A stretch of DNA of 64,000 bases. Origin: an uncultured Candidatus Rokubacteria bacterium (GTDB lineage: Bacteria; Methylomirabilota; Methylomirabilia; Rokubacteriales; CSP1-6). The notes beneath the pieces are model-generated. The model saw only the letters and a program-made list of their open reading frames with translations, had not been told where the DNA came from and ran no database searches. Positions 19,819 through 30,002 of this stretch are shown here, one piece after another. Position 1 is the first letter of the stretch. Each line of letters starts with the position of its first letter. The stretch spans positions 1,120,001-1,184,000 of the forward strand of contig CAVYTA010000006.1 in NCBI GenBank assembly GCA_963771355.1. The letters run 5' to 3'. The translations under genes and the position numbers were made by a program.

Positions 19819-20970
19819 TCAGCGGCCCTGATCGAGACGCGCGCCGTACCGCTGCAGGAAGCGATAGCGGCTCAGCACGAACAGCGCGAAGAACCCGGCG
19901 GTGATGAGGAGCTCGGAGAGCCCGATGGGAAAGCGGTTCACCTTCGACACCGACGGGAAGACGAGGAGGCAACGCTCGAGGAACATCGCCGTCCACCCCA
20001 TGAAGAGAATCACCATCAGGGGCTTGTGGGCGGTGGGCGGGCGTCCGGTGAGGCGCTTGAGCAGATAGCCGAAAGGGATCAGCCAGCCCACGATGAAGAT
20101 CACGAAGGCCATGGTCCGCCACGGATCCTCGAAGAACCGGCGCAGGAAGAAGCGCGTCTCCACGGGCACGTTCCCGAACCAGATCACCAGGTACTGGGAG
20201 AAGAAGAAGTAGATCCACATCACGCACATCGCGAAGGTGAGCTTGGCCACGTCCTGGATAGCCGACGGCGACACCCGGGTGAGCCCCCGGGCATTGGCGC
20301 GGATGGTGAGGAAGGTGACGAGGCCGAAGCCGACGTAGAGCGAGCTGACCACGTAGTAGCCGCCGAGAAGGCCGCTGTACCAGGTGGGGTCGAGCGACAT
20401 CACGAGGTCGAAGCCCCAGAGGGACAGCACCACCACGAAGAGGGTCAGGAGGATGCCGGCGAGCTTGTTGCGGCGGTTGGTGGCGGCGGTCTCGTCACCG
20501 CCCGTCCCCTCCGCGAACACCGCCCGCGAGAACGTCAGGGCCACCCAGTAGAGCAGGAACACCCCCAGGCTGTTGCGCAGGGTGAAGAAGGCGACGTTCA
20601 GCCACTGATGCTTCTTCTCCACCAGCGCCGGATTGCTCACCCACGGAAACAGCGAGCCCAGCCCGAGGAAGAGGAGGATGAGGAAGAGCACGAAGGAGAT
20701 GGGCAGGAAGGCGCCGGTGCTCAGCGCCACCCGCTTCACCGAGGGGGACCAGCGCGCCTCGGTCAACTGCATCATGGCCGCCAGCGCGGGCCCCACGATG
20801 GCCAGGCTCGACCAGAACAGGAGGTTGACGAGATAGGTGGCCCACGCGTGGCTCGCCTCCCCCCGCGTGATGCCGTGCACGAAGGCGGCCGCGCCGAGTA
20901 CCGCGAGGACGCCCAGCACCAGCGTGGAGCCCTTGGAGGGCGCCGTCTCCGTCATCGTGGTCGCGCTCAT
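19819..20970 (-). CDS. actF: Alternative complex III membrane subunit ActF-like
   Basis: About 10 TM; ARWS, WLNVAFFTLR, DLVMSLDPTWYS, YLVIWFGNVPVET. Confidence 0.82.
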   Translation of the reverse strand: MSATTMTETAPSKGSTLVLGVLAVLGAAAFVHGITRGEASHAWATYLVNLLFWSSLAIVGPALAAMMQLTEARWSPSVKRVALSTGAFLPISFVLFLILLFLGLGSLFPWVSNPALVEKKHQWLNVAFFTLRNSLGVFLLYWVALTFSRAVFAEGTGGDETAATNRRNKLAGILLTLFVVVLSLWGFDLVMSLDPTWYSGLLGGYYVVSSLYVGFGLVTFLTIRANARGLTRVSPSAIQDVAKLTFAMCVMWIYFFFSQYLVIWFGNVPVETRFFLRRFFEDPWRTMAFVIFIVGWLIPFGYLLKRLTGRPPTAHKPLMVILFMGWTAMFLERCLLVFPSVSKVNRFPIGLSELLITAGFFALFVLSRYRFLQRYGARLDQGR

Positions 20971-21488
20971 TTCTTGGCCAGGGTGCGGACGTAGTTGACG
21001 AGGTCCCAGCGCTCCTCGGGCGAGAGCGCCTCCGCGTATGGCGGCATCAGGGGGCCGCCCACCGAGAGCTGATGCTGCCAGAAGCCGTCACTCCGCGACT
21101 TGTGCAGATCGGGATTGGTCAGGTCCACCGAGGGCACGAACTTGGTGGTCACCAGCCCGTCGCCCTTCCCGGTGGCCCCGTGGCAGGGCGTGCAGTAGAT
21201 CACCCAGAGCCCTTCGCCTTTCTTCACCGACTGGGGGCTGGCCGCCACCGGGTTGCGGCGCGCCGCCGCGGTCTCCCGCTCCTCCTTGGCGTAGACGACC
21301 TCGCCCCCCTCGCGCGGCAGGCTGCCCGCCGGCATCGCAAAGGCGCGCTCGCCCGGCTGCACCCGCTGCGTGACGGTCATGTTGTCCTGCCAGCGCAACA
21401 CGATGACGCCGAGCTGCACCGCGGCAACGGCGCCGCACAGGCCCAGGGCCAAGACGAAGAGGAGGCGGAGGCCGTACTTCTTGATCAC
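20967..21488 (-). CDS. actE: Monoheme cytochrome c, ActE-like
   Basis: CTPCH heme motif, GKGDG, distal Met in LMPPY, ERWDLVNYVR; N-terminal membrane anchor. Confidence 0.85.
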   Translation of the reverse strand: MIKKYGLRLLFVLALGLCGAVAAVQLGVIVLRWQDNMTVTQRVQPGERAFAMPAGSLPREGGEVVYAKEERETAAARRNPVAASPQSVKKGEGLWVIYCTPCHGATGKGDGLVTTKFVPSVDLTNPDLHKSRSDGFWQHQLSVGGPLMPPYAEALSPEERWDLVNYVRTLAKK

Positions 21489-21994
21489 CGCCGGACCTCC
21501 TCGGCGCCGGCGGCGGACAGCAGCGCGGACACCGCCTGCGCGCGCTCGGGCGGACAGGCCACCGACACCCCGAAGCGGTCGAGAGTGAAGCGCGGGTCAT
21601 AGCTCGACGAGGGGCGGAGCTTGGGCAGACGGCCGAGCATGAGGAGGGCGAGGAGGGTCGCCAGGCCCCCGAACAGGATGGTGAGCTCGAACCCGATGAT
21701 GATGAAGGGCGGGATGGACACCGGCGCCTTGCCGCCGGTGATGAGCTCCCACTTCAGCGAGGTCCAGATGGTGAGGAAGAAGCCGGTGGCGGTGCCGGTG
21801 AGGGCCCCGACGAGGGTGAAGAAGCGCACCTTGGAGAGCGGCCGGACGTGCTCGATCTCCTCCTCGATCTCCTCCACCGGCACCGGGGTGTACACGGTGA
21901 GGTCCGCGTAGCCCTTGGCCCGCAGCTCGCGGACGGCCTGGAGCGTGGTGTCCACGTGGGCGAAGACGCCGAGGACGCTGGTGGCGGCGGCCAT
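21485..21994 (-). CDS. actD: ActD-like (DUF3341) subunit
   Basis: YTPVPV, GGKAP, FELTILFGG, YDPRFTLDRF; ATG 21994. Confidence 0.85.
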   Translation of the reverse strand: MAAATSVLGVFAHVDTTLQAVRELRAKGYADLTVYTPVPVEEIEEEIEHVRPLSKVRFFTLVGALTGTATGFFLTIWTSLKWELITGGKAPVSIPPFIIIGFELTILFGGLATLLALLMLGRLPKLRPSSSYDPRFTLDRFGVSVACPPERAQAVSALLSAAGAEEVRR

Positions 21995-21995
21995 C

Positions 21996-23354
21996 CTAGT
22001 GGCTTCCCCCGTGCTGGCCGGCATGCCCGTGCTTGAGGGGATGGGGCAAGACCTCCTTGACCTCGACGATGCTGAGCGACGGCATCACGCGGATGAAGCC
22101 CATGAAGAGGAGTAAGAACCACGCGAACGAGCCCACGATGATGGTGGAGTCGGTGATGGTCGGGTAGTAGGTGCCCCAGGTGTAGGGATAGAAGTCGTGG
22201 GCGAGGCCGGGCACGATGATGTTGAAGCGCTCCAGCCACATGCCGATGAGGACGAAGATCGACACCACGTAGAGGACGATCACGTTGGTCCGCGCCTTCT
22301 TCCACAGGAAGATCAGGGGCGTCACACAGTTGCTGAAGTACATCATCCAGTAGGCCCAGGCGTACTGCCGCGTGGCCTTGGCGAACACGCTCGCCCGCTC
22401 GAAGTGGTCGCCGCTGTACCACGCCACGAACACCTCGCACACGTAGAAGTAGGTGAGGACGAGGCTGGTGACGAGGATCAGCTTGGCCATCGCGTCCAGG
22501 TGCCGGTCCGTGATGTACGCGTACCAGTCGAAGTAGTAGCGCATGGGCAGCATGAGGATGAGCACCATCGCAAAGCCCGAGAAGATGGCTCCATCCACGA
22601 AGAAGGGGGCGAACAGGGTGGAGTGCCAGCCCGGCACCAGGGCCATGGCGAAGTCGAAGGACACCACGCTGTGCACGGACAGGACCAGCGGCGTGGCCAG
22701 CGCGGCGAGGAGGCCGTAGGCCCGGCGGTAGTGCTTCCACTGCGTGTCCGAGCCTTCCCAGCCCAGCGCCATCACGGTGTAGATCTTCTTCTTGATCCCG
22801 GTGGCGCTGTCCCGAAGGGCGGCGATGTCGGGGATCAGGCCCACCACGAAGAAGACGATGCTGATGGTCATGTAGGTCGAGATCGCGAACACGTCCCAGA
22901 CCAGGGGCGACTTGAAGTTCGGCCAGATATAGCGCTGGTTCGGGTACGGCATCAGCCAGTAGGCGAACCACATCCGCCCCGCGTGAATGAGGGGGAAGAG
23001 CCCCGCGGTCATGACCGCGAAGATGGTCATGGCCTCCGCGCCGCGATAGATGGACGTGCGCCACTTCGCCCGGAACAGATACAGCACCGCGGAGATCAGC
23101 GTGCCCGCGTGCCCGATACCGATCCAGAACACGAAGGTGGTGATGTACATCGCCCACATCTGCGGGGTGCGCTTGCCCGCCGCGCCCATGCCGATGTAGA
23201 TCTGGTAGGACCACGCGGCGACGCCGCACGCCAGCGTGAGCGCGATGACGGTCATCCAGAAGAAGTAGGTATTACCGGGCATGCCCACGGTGCGGATGAC
23301 GTCCCGGTTGACGTCCGCCCAGGTCACCTCTCGGGTGGGGCCGGGCGCGCTCAT
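21996..23354 (-). CDS. actC: NrfD-family quinol-binding subunit ActC
   Basis: FVFWIGIGHAGTLISA, AEAMTIFAV, NFKSPLVWDVFAISTY, LSVHSVVSFDFA, GWHSTLFAPFFV. Confidence 0.92.
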   Translation of the reverse strand: MSAPGPTREVTWADVNRDVIRTVGMPGNTYFFWMTVIALTLACGVAAWSYQIYIGMGAAGKRTPQMWAMYITTFVFWIGIGHAGTLISAVLYLFRAKWRTSIYRGAEAMTIFAVMTAGLFPLIHAGRMWFAYWLMPYPNQRYIWPNFKSPLVWDVFAISTYMTISIVFFVVGLIPDIAALRDSATGIKKKIYTVMALGWEGSDTQWKHYRRAYGLLAALATPLVLSVHSVVSFDFAMALVPGWHSTLFAPFFVDGAIFSGFAMVLILMLPMRYYFDWYAYITDRHLDAMAKLILVTSLVLTYFYVCEVFVAWYSGDHFERASVFAKATRQYAWAYWMMYFSNCVTPLIFLWKKARTNVIVLYVVSIFVLIGMWLERFNIIVPGLAHDFYPYTWGTYYPTITDSTIIVGSFAWFLLLFMGFIRVMPSLSIVEVKEVLPHPLKHGHAGQHGGSH

Positions 23355-26335
23355 GCCTTGTGGCCTTCCGGCGCCGGCCCGCCGTGCCCCCGCACCACCT
23401 TCTTGAGATAGGTCACCGCGGGGCGGGTGCCGAGCTCTTCCAGGACGTGGTAGCCGCGCGCCGAGCGCGAGAGCTTGGACACCTGGGCCTTGTCGTCCTT
23501 GAGGTCCCCGAAGGTGATGGCCTGGGTGGGGCAGGTCTGCTGGCAGGCGGTCTTGATCTCGCCGTCTTTCACCGGCCGGCCCGCGTCGCGGGCGTGGTCC
23601 TTGCCCTCGATGATGCGCTGGAGGCACATGGTGCACTTCTCCATCACCCCGAGCTGGCGGACGGTGACATCGGGGTTGAGCTGGAGATCCAGGGGCGAGG
23701 GCCAGTGGTAGTAGAACCAGTTGAAGCGGCGCACGTGATACGGGCAGTTGTTGCCGCAGTAGCGCGTGCCCACGCAGCGGTTGTAGACCTGCCCGTTGAG
23801 TCCGTCGCGCGTGTGGTAGGCGGCATAGACCGGGCACACCGGCTCGCAGGGCGCCACGCCGCAGTGCTGGCAGAACATGGGGAGGAAGATGTTCTCCGGC
23901 CGGGCCGCCGGGCCCTCCTCCCACCGCTCCAGGCGCAGCCAGTGCTGATCGCGCCCGTACGCCACCTGCTCCTTGCCCACCACCGGGACATTGTTCTCCG
24001 TCACGCAGGCCACCACGCACGCGCTGCACCCGGTGCAGCGGTCGAGGTCCACCGTCATGCCCCAGCGGTGGTCGGGGTACGTCACCGGCGGGTACATGCT
24101 CGGGTGGCTGGCGTGCTCGGGCGGCTTGCCCCGCAGCTCCAGCTCGCGCGCGGCGGCCAGGCCCACGTGCTGCGCGATCTCGCGATGGTCCTGATCGAAG
24201 GTGCCTTGCGGGACTGCGAGCGGGCGTCGCCCCGCGCCCTTGGCGAGACTCACCTTCACGCCGAGATACGGAAGACCACCCGAGGCGGCCTCCGGCGCCG
24301 CCCCCAGGAGCACGAGCGGGTTGGCTCCGGTGTTGAGCCCGCGGGACTGGGCGTAGGCCCCGGGGAAAGCGTGGCCCTGCCCCATCGCCACCGCCACCGC
24401 CTCGGGATGCAGCGCCTCCACCGGATACGCGGGCAGGTCGACGCGGCCGTGGGGCGAGGTCAGCGTGACGAGGTCGCCGCGGGCGACTCCGAGCTTGGCC
24501 GCGGTGGCACTGGGAATCTCCACCCAGCCGTCCCACGTCACCTGGGTCATGGGGTCGGGCGCTTCCTGCAGCCAGGCGCGATCGGCGCCGCGGCCGTCGT
24601 AGAAGCGGCCCGAGGGGAACACGAGCAGGGCGTGCGTGCCGCTGCCCTCGAGCGCCGCCGGCTCCGCTCGGACTCGCGCGCCTTCCGGCCGCAGCGTCAC
24701 CGCCGGCGCCGGCGTCTCGCGCCACACGCCGCCGCGCCGCAGCGACTCCTCCCAGAACTCGGCGAAGGGCTTGCCCTTGCCCAGATTCTTCGCCGCCGCC
24801 GTCCACTCGGCCTTCACGTAGTCGCCGAAGGTCGCGGCGCCCAGCGGGCCCTTGCCGGCCTCCACCCCGAGCGCCTGGCGTCCCACGGAAAGCAGGGTCC
24901 CGCCGACCGACTTGGCGTCCACCGGCCGGCCGCTGATCTCCACCGGCCCCATGGCGGGCTGCATGAGTCCGACCACGCCCTCCTCGGCCGCGTAGTCGCC
25001 CCAGCTCTCGAGCCAGTGCAGCGCGGGCAGCACGATGTGGGCCTTGGCGTTGCTCTCGCTGGGCCGATTGGCGAGGCTCACCACCAGCGGTACCTTGGCC
25101 AGCGCCTCTGCGAAGCCGGCCTTGGCGGGCATGGTGAAGACGGGGTTGACGTCGCCGAGGATCAGCACCTCGATCTCGCCCTTGGCCATGGCCTGCGTGA
25201 GCGCCAGCATCTCGGCGTACGCGCTCGCCTTGCCCAGCGCCGCATCCGCGCCGAAGCGGACGCGCTTGCCCACCGCGCCGATCGCCACGTTGAGCAGGTT
25301 GATCGCCACCTGGGTGTCGGTGGCATTGGTACCGGACACCGCCGCGCCCCCGCCGATGGCCAGCCCCGCCTTGGAAGCGGCGAGGTTGTGGGCCACGTGC
25401 TTGATCGTCTCCGCGGACACCCCGGAGCGACTCGCCACTGCGGCGACGTCCACGCCCTGCACGGCGGCGCCGAGCCCGCGGGCATCCACGCCGGGAGCGG
25501 CCAGTCCCTCGTCGAGGATGGCCTTGAGCATGGCCAGGGCCAGCGCTCCCTCGGTCCCCGGCGCGTTCCGCAGCCACTGATCGGCATTGGCCGCCGTCAT
25601 GGACAGCCGCGGCTCCACGTGCACATAGGTGCCGGCGCGGCCCGCGGACAGCGCGTGCATCTTCGCGAAGTCCGCCGCGTGGGCGGTGGGGCTGAGCCAG
25701 GTCTCGAGGAAGTCCGCGCCGAACGAGACGAGGAAGCCGGTCTCCGCGATGTCATAGGTCGGAATGGCGTCGCGCCCGAAGCTCATCCGGTTGGCGGCAC
25801 GCAGCGGCTCCAGCGCCAGTGGCTCGTAGGCCACCCGGGGGCGCGTGCCCAGCGCCTTCACCCATTCGTCCAGGAGGCGGGCGAGGCTGCCGGTCTCGAG
25901 CCCGGTGACCAGCGCGACCTTCTGCCCCGTCCGCGCCCGCACCAGCGCCGCGAGCTTGTCGGCGAGCAGCTTCTCCGCCGTCTCCCAGGGCGCCGGCTTG
26001 CCGTCCACCATGGCGCCCCGGAAGCGGTCGGGATGATAGAGCCCCTGCAGCGCCGCGTGGCCGCGAATGCACAACGCGCCCGCATTGACGGGATGATCGG
26101 GATTGCCCTCGAGCTTGATCACCCGGCCTTCACGGTTCTTGGCGAGCACGCCGCAGCCGGCGGGGCACTCCCGGCACACCGTCGCGAAATAGCTCGCGAT
26201 GCCGGGGACGATATTGTCGGGGGGCGAGACATACGGGAGCAGACGCTCCGCCGTCCGGGTGCAGCCCCCGGCGGCCGTCGCCGCGCCGGAAGCGGCCACG
26301 ATCTTGAAGAACGACCGCCGATCTAGACCGCTCAT
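23351..26335 (-). CDS. actB: ActB: molybdopterin-oxidoreductase-like domain fused to Fe-S ferredoxin domain, Tat signal
   Basis: DRRSFFK Tat motif with AGGC; CRECPAGC..C; FGADFLETW; C-terminal CTGCSACVVAC, CQHCGVAPCEPVCP, CVGTRYCGNNCP, EKCTMC..ACQQTCP. Confidence 0.9.
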   Translation of the reverse strand: MSGLDRRSFFKIVAASGAATAAGGCTRTAERLLPYVSPPDNIVPGIASYFATVCRECPAGCGVLAKNREGRVIKLEGNPDHPVNAGALCIRGHAALQGLYHPDRFRGAMVDGKPAPWETAEKLLADKLAALVRARTGQKVALVTGLETGSLARLLDEWVKALGTRPRVAYEPLALEPLRAANRMSFGRDAIPTYDIAETGFLVSFGADFLETWLSPTAHAADFAKMHALSAGRAGTYVHVEPRLSMTAANADQWLRNAPGTEGALALAMLKAILDEGLAAPGVDARGLGAAVQGVDVAAVASRSGVSAETIKHVAHNLAASKAGLAIGGGAAVSGTNATDTQVAINLLNVAIGAVGKRVRFGADAALGKASAYAEMLALTQAMAKGEIEVLILGDVNPVFTMPAKAGFAEALAKVPLVVSLANRPSESNAKAHIVLPALHWLESWGDYAAEEGVVGLMQPAMGPVEISGRPVDAKSVGGTLLSVGRQALGVEAGKGPLGAATFGDYVKAEWTAAAKNLGKGKPFAEFWEESLRRGGVWRETPAPAVTLRPEGARVRAEPAALEGSGTHALLVFPSGRFYDGRGADRAWLQEAPDPMTQVTWDGWVEIPSATAAKLGVARGDLVTLTSPHGRVDLPAYPVEALHPEAVAVAMGQGHAFPGAYAQSRGLNTGANPLVLLGAAPEAASGGLPYLGVKVSLAKGAGRRPLAVPQGTFDQDHREIAQHVGLAAARELELRGKPPEHASHPSMYPPVTYPDHRWGMTVDLDRCTGCSACVVACVTENNVPVVGKEQVAYGRDQHWLRLERWEEGPAARPENIFLPMFCQHCGVAPCEPVCPVYAAYHTRDGLNGQVYNRCVGTRYCGNNCPYHVRRFNWFYYHWPSPLDLQLNPDVTVRQLGVMEKCTMCLQRIIEGKDHARDAGRPVKDGEIKTACQQTCPTQAITFGDLKDDKAQVSKLSRSARGYHVLEELGTRPAVTYLKKVVRGHGGPAPEGHKA

Positions 26336-26396
26336 CGTGTCTCCCTGTTGATCCGGCGCTGCACGGCGAACCGGTCCGACCGGACGGTCAAAAACC

Positions 26397-26432
26397 TTGT
26401 GAACCCTATCACGCAGGAAAACTAAGTGTCAA
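26397..26432 (-). promoter_or_regulatory. act operon promoter with overlapping Rex/CRP-type operator
   Basis: TTGACA (26432-26427), 18 bp, TGa-TAGGGT (26408-26403); TTGTGAACCCTATCACGC (26397-26414) spans the -10. Confidence 0.6.
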
Positions 26433-26445
26433 CAGAGTTGTGCGT

Positions 26446-27726
<1,281 letters not shown>

Positions 27727-27739
27727 GGCGCCTTTCCCC

Positions 27740-28228
27740 TCAGCGCGCGGCGCTGGGGACGGTGAACTCGATGGGCAGGAAATCGCGGGCCGCGGGATCC
27801 CAGGCGAAGGCGCCGGCGGCGGCGGGTCGGCCCGCCAGCACCGAGACCACGACGTACACCGCGTCCGGATAGGCGGGCTCCCCGTCCACGAGCGCGTTGC
27901 GCTTGTCGGTCTCGGAGAAGTATGCCCCGGTGTCGATGTGGGAGTGGTAGATGGTCGCCACCCAGTACCCGTCCGCTTCACGCCGGCCGATGGTGAGCAG
28001 ATCGCGGGGATCGATGTAGTACGCGGTGCGGGCGTCGCGTGGATGCCGCGCCGGGTCCTTCTCGTGCAGCGCGTTCTGGATATTCCGGCAGGGCAGGAGC
28101 AGCCGGTCGGCCGGCTGGTCGCCGCGCGCGAGCACCACCCCGCAGCACTCGCCGGGATACTCGACGGCAGCCTGGGCCTCGACCCGAACGTACTCCTCCG
28201 GGGTCAGCGCGACACGCGGGTCTTTCAC
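27740..28228 (-). CDS. JAMM/Mov34 (M67) metallopeptidase, Mec-like
   Basis: YPGECCG and [15 protein letters not shown] (HxHx7SxxD); GTG overlaps the carrier's stop. Confidence 0.9.
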   Translation of the reverse strand: MKDPRVALTPEEYVRVEAQAAVEYPGECCGVVLARGDQPADRLLLPCRNIQNALHEKDPARHPRDARTAYYIDPRDLLTIGRREADGYWVATIYHSHIDTGAYFSETDKRNALVDGEPAYPDAVYVVVSVLAGRPAAAGAFAWDPAARDFLPIEFTVPSAAR

Positions 28229-28536
28229 TCGCCTGGGCACGCGCTCCCGGCGAGGGCGGCCTGCCCCCCGGCAAGGGCGGGGATAATCGACACCTCGTCG
28301 CCGTCCTTCAAGGTGGTGTCGAGGCCCTTGAGCGCCTCGATGGCCTCGCTGTTGACGTAGATGTTCACGTGATGGTGAATCTGGCCCTGCGCGTTGCGGA
28401 CCAGCCCCTTCAGTCCCGCGAACTGCGCCTCGAGCCCGTCGAGCAGCCCCTTGACGTCGGGGGCCTCGAGGGAGACGCGGTCTCGGTTGCTGGTGGCGCG
28501 GCGGAACGGCGTCGGAATATAGACCTGCACGCTCAT
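28225..28536 (-). CDS. MoaD/ThiS/CysO-like ubiquitin-fold sulfur carrier with C-terminal extension
   Basis: VYIPTPFR, VNIYVNSE, LKDGDEVSIIPALAGG followed by [12 protein letters not shown]. Confidence 0.9.
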   Translation of the reverse strand: MSVQVYIPTPFRRATSNRDRVSLEAPDVKGLLDGLEAQFAGLKGLVRNAQGQIHHHVNIYVNSEAIEALKGLDTTLKDGDEVSIIPALAGGQAALAGSACPGE

Positions 28537-28548
28537 GACGATGGCTCC

Positions 28549-29493
28549 TCAGAGAGGCACGCTGAGATAGCGCTCCCCAGTATCGCACAGCACCGTGACG
28601 ACGATCTGGTCGGCCGGCATGCTCGCGGCGACCTGGCAGGCGGCCCACACATTGGCCCCCGCCGAGATCCCCACCAGCAGCCCCTCCTCGCGGGCCAGCC
28701 GCCGCGCGGTGGCGGTGGCGTCCTCGTCGCGCACGAGGAGGACCTCGTCCAGCACCGCCCGATTCAGCACCGTGGGAACGAACGAGGCGCCGATGCCCTG
28801 GATGCCGTGCGGGCGCGCCTTGCCGCCCTGGAGCACCGGCGAGCGCGCCGGTTCCACCCCGATCACCCGCACCGACGGAAGCCGCTGCTTGAGCACCTCC
28901 CCCACCCCGGTCACGGTGCCGCCCGTTCCGATGCCGGCCACGAACGCGTCCACCCGCTCGTCGGTGGCCTCGAGGATCTCCAGCGCGGTGGTCCGGCGGT
29001 GCGCCTCCGGGTTGGCGGGGTTCTCGAACTGGCTGGGCATGAAGTAGCCGGCGTGCTCCCGCAGCATCTCCTGCGCCGCGAAGACCGCCCCCGTCATGCC
29101 CTCGATGGCCGGGGTCAGATGAATCTCCGCGCCGTACCGCGCGAGCAGCCGCTGCCGCTCCACGCTGTAGTCGTCGGGCATGGTCAAGATGAGCCGGTAG
29201 CCGCGCACCGCACAGACCATGGCGAGCCCGATGCCGGTATTGCCGCTGGTGGGTTCCACCACGGTGGCGCCCGGCTTGAGCACCCCGCGACGCTCGGCGT
29301 CGTCGATCATGGCCACCGCGATGCGGTCCTTCACGCTGCCGCCCGGATTGAGCGACTCCATCTTCGCCAGCACGGTGGCGCCCCCCGGGCGCGGCAGCTG
29401 GTTGAGCCGGACCAGCGGGGTACCGCCCACGAGGTCGAGCACGGAGCCGGCCACTCGCGGCCGCCACGTCACTGCCGTCTTCTTCTGGGTCAT
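28549..29493 (-). CDS. cysK: Cysteine synthase (CysK/CysM family)
   Basis: NPGGSVKDRIA (PLP Lys), EPTSGNTGIG, QFENPAN, GTGGT, HGIQGIGA, DTGERYLS; start could be 29508. Confidence 0.93.
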   Translation of the reverse strand: MTQKKTAVTWRPRVAGSVLDLVGGTPLVRLNQLPRPGGATVLAKMESLNPGGSVKDRIAVAMIDDAERRGVLKPGATVVEPTSGNTGIGLAMVCAVRGYRLILTMPDDYSVERQRLLARYGAEIHLTPAIEGMTGAVFAAQEMLREHAGYFMPSQFENPANPEAHRRTTALEILEATDERVDAFVAGIGTGGTVTGVGEVLKQRLPSVRVIGVEPARSPVLQGGKARPHGIQGIGASFVPTVLNRAVLDEVLLVRDEDATATARRLAREEGLLVGISAGANVWAACQVAASMPADQIVVTVLCDTGERYLSVPL

Positions 29494-29555
29494 GGGTCCC
29501 ATCCCCATCGGGAACGCTGTTTCGTCGGCAAAAAAAGGGTGGCGGCGGCGGTCGC

Positions 29556-30002
29556 TCAGATGTGGTACATGGGCCGGGCGATGCTGCGCCGCTCCTCGGC
29601 TCGCTTCCGCAAATCCTCGAAGGTGACGCGATCGATGACGCCGGACACCGCCTCGTCGATCTCCCGCCAGAGCTCGGACAGGTCGGAGACGGGGTCCGGG
29701 GCCAGGCCCCGCCGCCCGCGCCGTGTCGGCTCGAGCCCGTTCATCGATCCCTCCACCGCGCGGAGGACGTCGCCCACCGTGACCTGTTCCGCGGCACGCG
29801 CCAGCCGATAGCCGCCGGCGGAGCCGCGCCGGGAGACGAGGAGCCCGGCCCGCGTGAGTCCCAGCAGCACCTGCTCGAGGTAGCGCTGGGGGATGTCCTG
29901 ACGGGTCGCGATGTCCTGGATGGGCCGCAGGCCGCCGCCATCGGCCAGCGCCAGGTCGAGCATCGCCTTGATGGCGTACTCGCCCTTGGCCGAGATCCTC
30001 AC
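29556..30002 (-). CDS. Rrf2 family regulator, CymR-like
   Basis: [27 protein letters not shown]; no Cys ligands; ends MYHI; GTG overlaps hemB stop. Confidence 0.88.
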   Translation of the reverse strand: MRISAKGEYAIKAMLDLALADGGGLRPIQDIATRQDIPQRYLEQVLLGLTRAGLLVSRRGSAGGYRLARAAEQVTVGDVLRAVEGSMNGLEPTRRGRRGLAPDPVSDLSELWREIDEAVSGVIDRVTFEDLRKRAEERRSIARPMYHI

